Positions 62,850-64,000 of a stretch of 64,000 nucleotides of DNA are shown here, piece by piece. The DNA lies in contig CAVWWD010000007.1 of assembly GCA_963758635.1 (NCBI GenBank), positions 416,001 through 480,000 on the forward strand. The letters run 5' to 3'. Under the pieces are notes generated by a model that saw only the letters and a list, made by a program, of their open reading frames with translations, ran no database searches and was not told the origin of the DNA. This stretch comes from an uncultured Candidatus Rokubacteria bacterium (GTDB taxonomy: Bacteria; Methylomirabilota; Methylomirabilia; Rokubacteriales; CSP1-6). The translations under genes were made by a program, and so were the position numbers. Position 1 is the stretch's first letter; every line of letters begins with the position of its first letter.

Positions 62850-64000
62850 ATGCGAGACCACAGATGGCGTGTTCCACGGACGATGCTCTCCCTGCTGCTC
62901 GCCGCTTCGATGCTGGGGTCGGCCGCGCCGCCCGTGGGGGCGGCGAGCCACAGCGACGCCCCGCTGATCAAGCAGGATCCGCAGGCGAACCTCACGGACG
63001 TCTATGCGTTCGTGGGCCGGCGCTACGACGACCCGAACCGCGCCGTGCTCAACGTGGTCGTGCACGTGCGGCCGTTCTCGGAGCCGGGCGATGGCGTCAT
63101 CTACGACCGGTTCGCCGACGACGCGCTCTACAGCATCCACCTGGCCCATCCCGGGACGGGGGCGGAGGTGAAGCGCTACGACTTCAAGTTCTCGTCCGTC
63201 ACCAGCGGCTACAAGAACCTCGACACCATCCTGTCCTACGGCCGGGGCACGGAGGTGGGGCCCATCCAGTCCGTGGGCGACGCGCGCCAGAACTACACGC
63301 AGACCTACACGGTCACGCGAGGGAGCGGCCACTTCTCCGTGCCGATCGGTGTCGGGCTCCAGACCCCGCCGCCCAACGTCGGCAAGCGGACGACACCGGC
63401 GTACAACGACACGGCGGGCCGCGCCGTGTCCGGCGCGCCGAGCTTCGCCGCGCTCGACACCTACACGCGCCAGACCGTCTACCCGCTGCCGAGCGGCGAG
63501 GTCGTGTTCGCCGGCCCGCGCGAGGACGGCTTCTTCGCCGACACGCCGGGCATCTTCGACCTGCTCGACGGGCGCATCCTGGGGCCCGACGGGCTGGGCC
63601 AGACCGGCAACGGCGTGGACGGCTTCAAGGGCTTCAACGTCCTCGCCTTCGCCATCCAGATCCCGCTCGAGACGATCCCGGCCTTCGACTACACCGCGCC
63701 CTTCGGCGACCTGCGCCAGACGCTGCCGTCCCTGGCCGGCGCGCGCGGCATCGGCGTGTACGCCTCGGTCAGCCGCCCGCGGGTGGTGATCCGGACCGAC
63801 GACGCCGCGCCGTTCAACGTGGGCGGGTGGATCCAGGTCAACCGCATGGGCAACCCGCTGTTCAACGAGGTGCTGGTCGCGCTCCGGGACAAGGACCGCT
63901 ACAACCGGACGGAGCCGACGGGGGACGCGCGGTTCGCCGGCTACGCGGAGCGCCCCGAGCTGGCGACGCTCATCAACACCGTCTTCGGCACCGGCTTCAC
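62850..64000 (+). CDS. DUF4331-domain secreted protein (runs off window)
   Basis: AAGGAGG RBS, signal peptide, ASHSDAPLIKQDPQANLTDVYAF, VFAGPREDGFFAD, GFNVLA, QVNRMGNPLFNE. Confidence 0.85.
   Translation, partial: MRDHRWRVPRTMLSLLLAASMLGSAAPPVGAASHSDAPLIKQDPQANLTDVYAFVGRRYDDPNRAVLNVVVHVRPFSEPGDGVIYDRFADDALYSIHLAHPGTGAEVKRYDFKFSSVTSGYKNLDTILSYGRGTEVGPIQSVGDARQNYTQTYTVTRGSGHFSVPIGVGLQTPPPNVGKRTTPAYNDTAGRAVSGAPSFAALDTYTRQTVYPLPSGEVVFAGPREDGFFADTPGIFDLLDGRILGPDGLGQTGNGVDGFKGFNVLAFAIQIPLETIPAFDYTAPFGDLRQTLPSLAGARGIGVYASVSRPRVVIRTDDAAPFNVGGWIQVNRMGNPLFNEVLVALRDKDRYNRTEPTGDARFAGYAERPELATLINTVFGTGF

Noticed and set aside
1..64000. tRNA/rRNA genes, and programmed frameshifting as the cause of the split genes
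   Set aside because: No tRNA or rRNA signatures were recognised by eye. The frameshifts lack consistent slippery motifs and affect unrelated genes.

Overview
Very GC-rich bacterial DNA. It is most consistent with a Candidatus Rokubacteria (Methylomirabilota)-like genome. That assignment is an inference from the expanded ABC_sub_bind genes, the zinc-ribbon adenylate-cyclase/AAA protein and the composition. Roughly half of the long genes carry single-base frameshifts, which most likely reflect an unpolished long-read assembly. From left to right the window contains: a PLP decarboxylase and OprD porin; a wHTH-AAA-TPR regulator; GH63 and GH13 glycosidases; an RND efflux pump; an atypical periplasmic nitrate reductase cluster (napD-like, napA, two tetraheme cytochromes, NrfC-like and NrfD-like subunits); a Ca2+/H+ antiporter; a K+ channel; an Fe(III)-type ABC transporter; a class III aminotransferase; an LLM oxidoreductase; topoisomerase IB; and an iorAB-cytochrome c-fccB-soxXYZA operon lacking soxB and soxCD. 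A lower-GC accessory island (~43.8-54.7 kb) follows, with a recombinase relic and a head-to-tail array of orphan ABC substrate-binding genes. The right end holds a ThDP enzyme, an NDT-like/PAS-like protein paired with a methyltransferase, two metalloproteases and a DUF4331 gene running off the edge. The most striking directly visible novelty is a 77-78 bp MITE-like element present three times. One copy sits in frame, with a perfect 4-bp target duplication, inside a cytochrome lipoprotein signal peptide.
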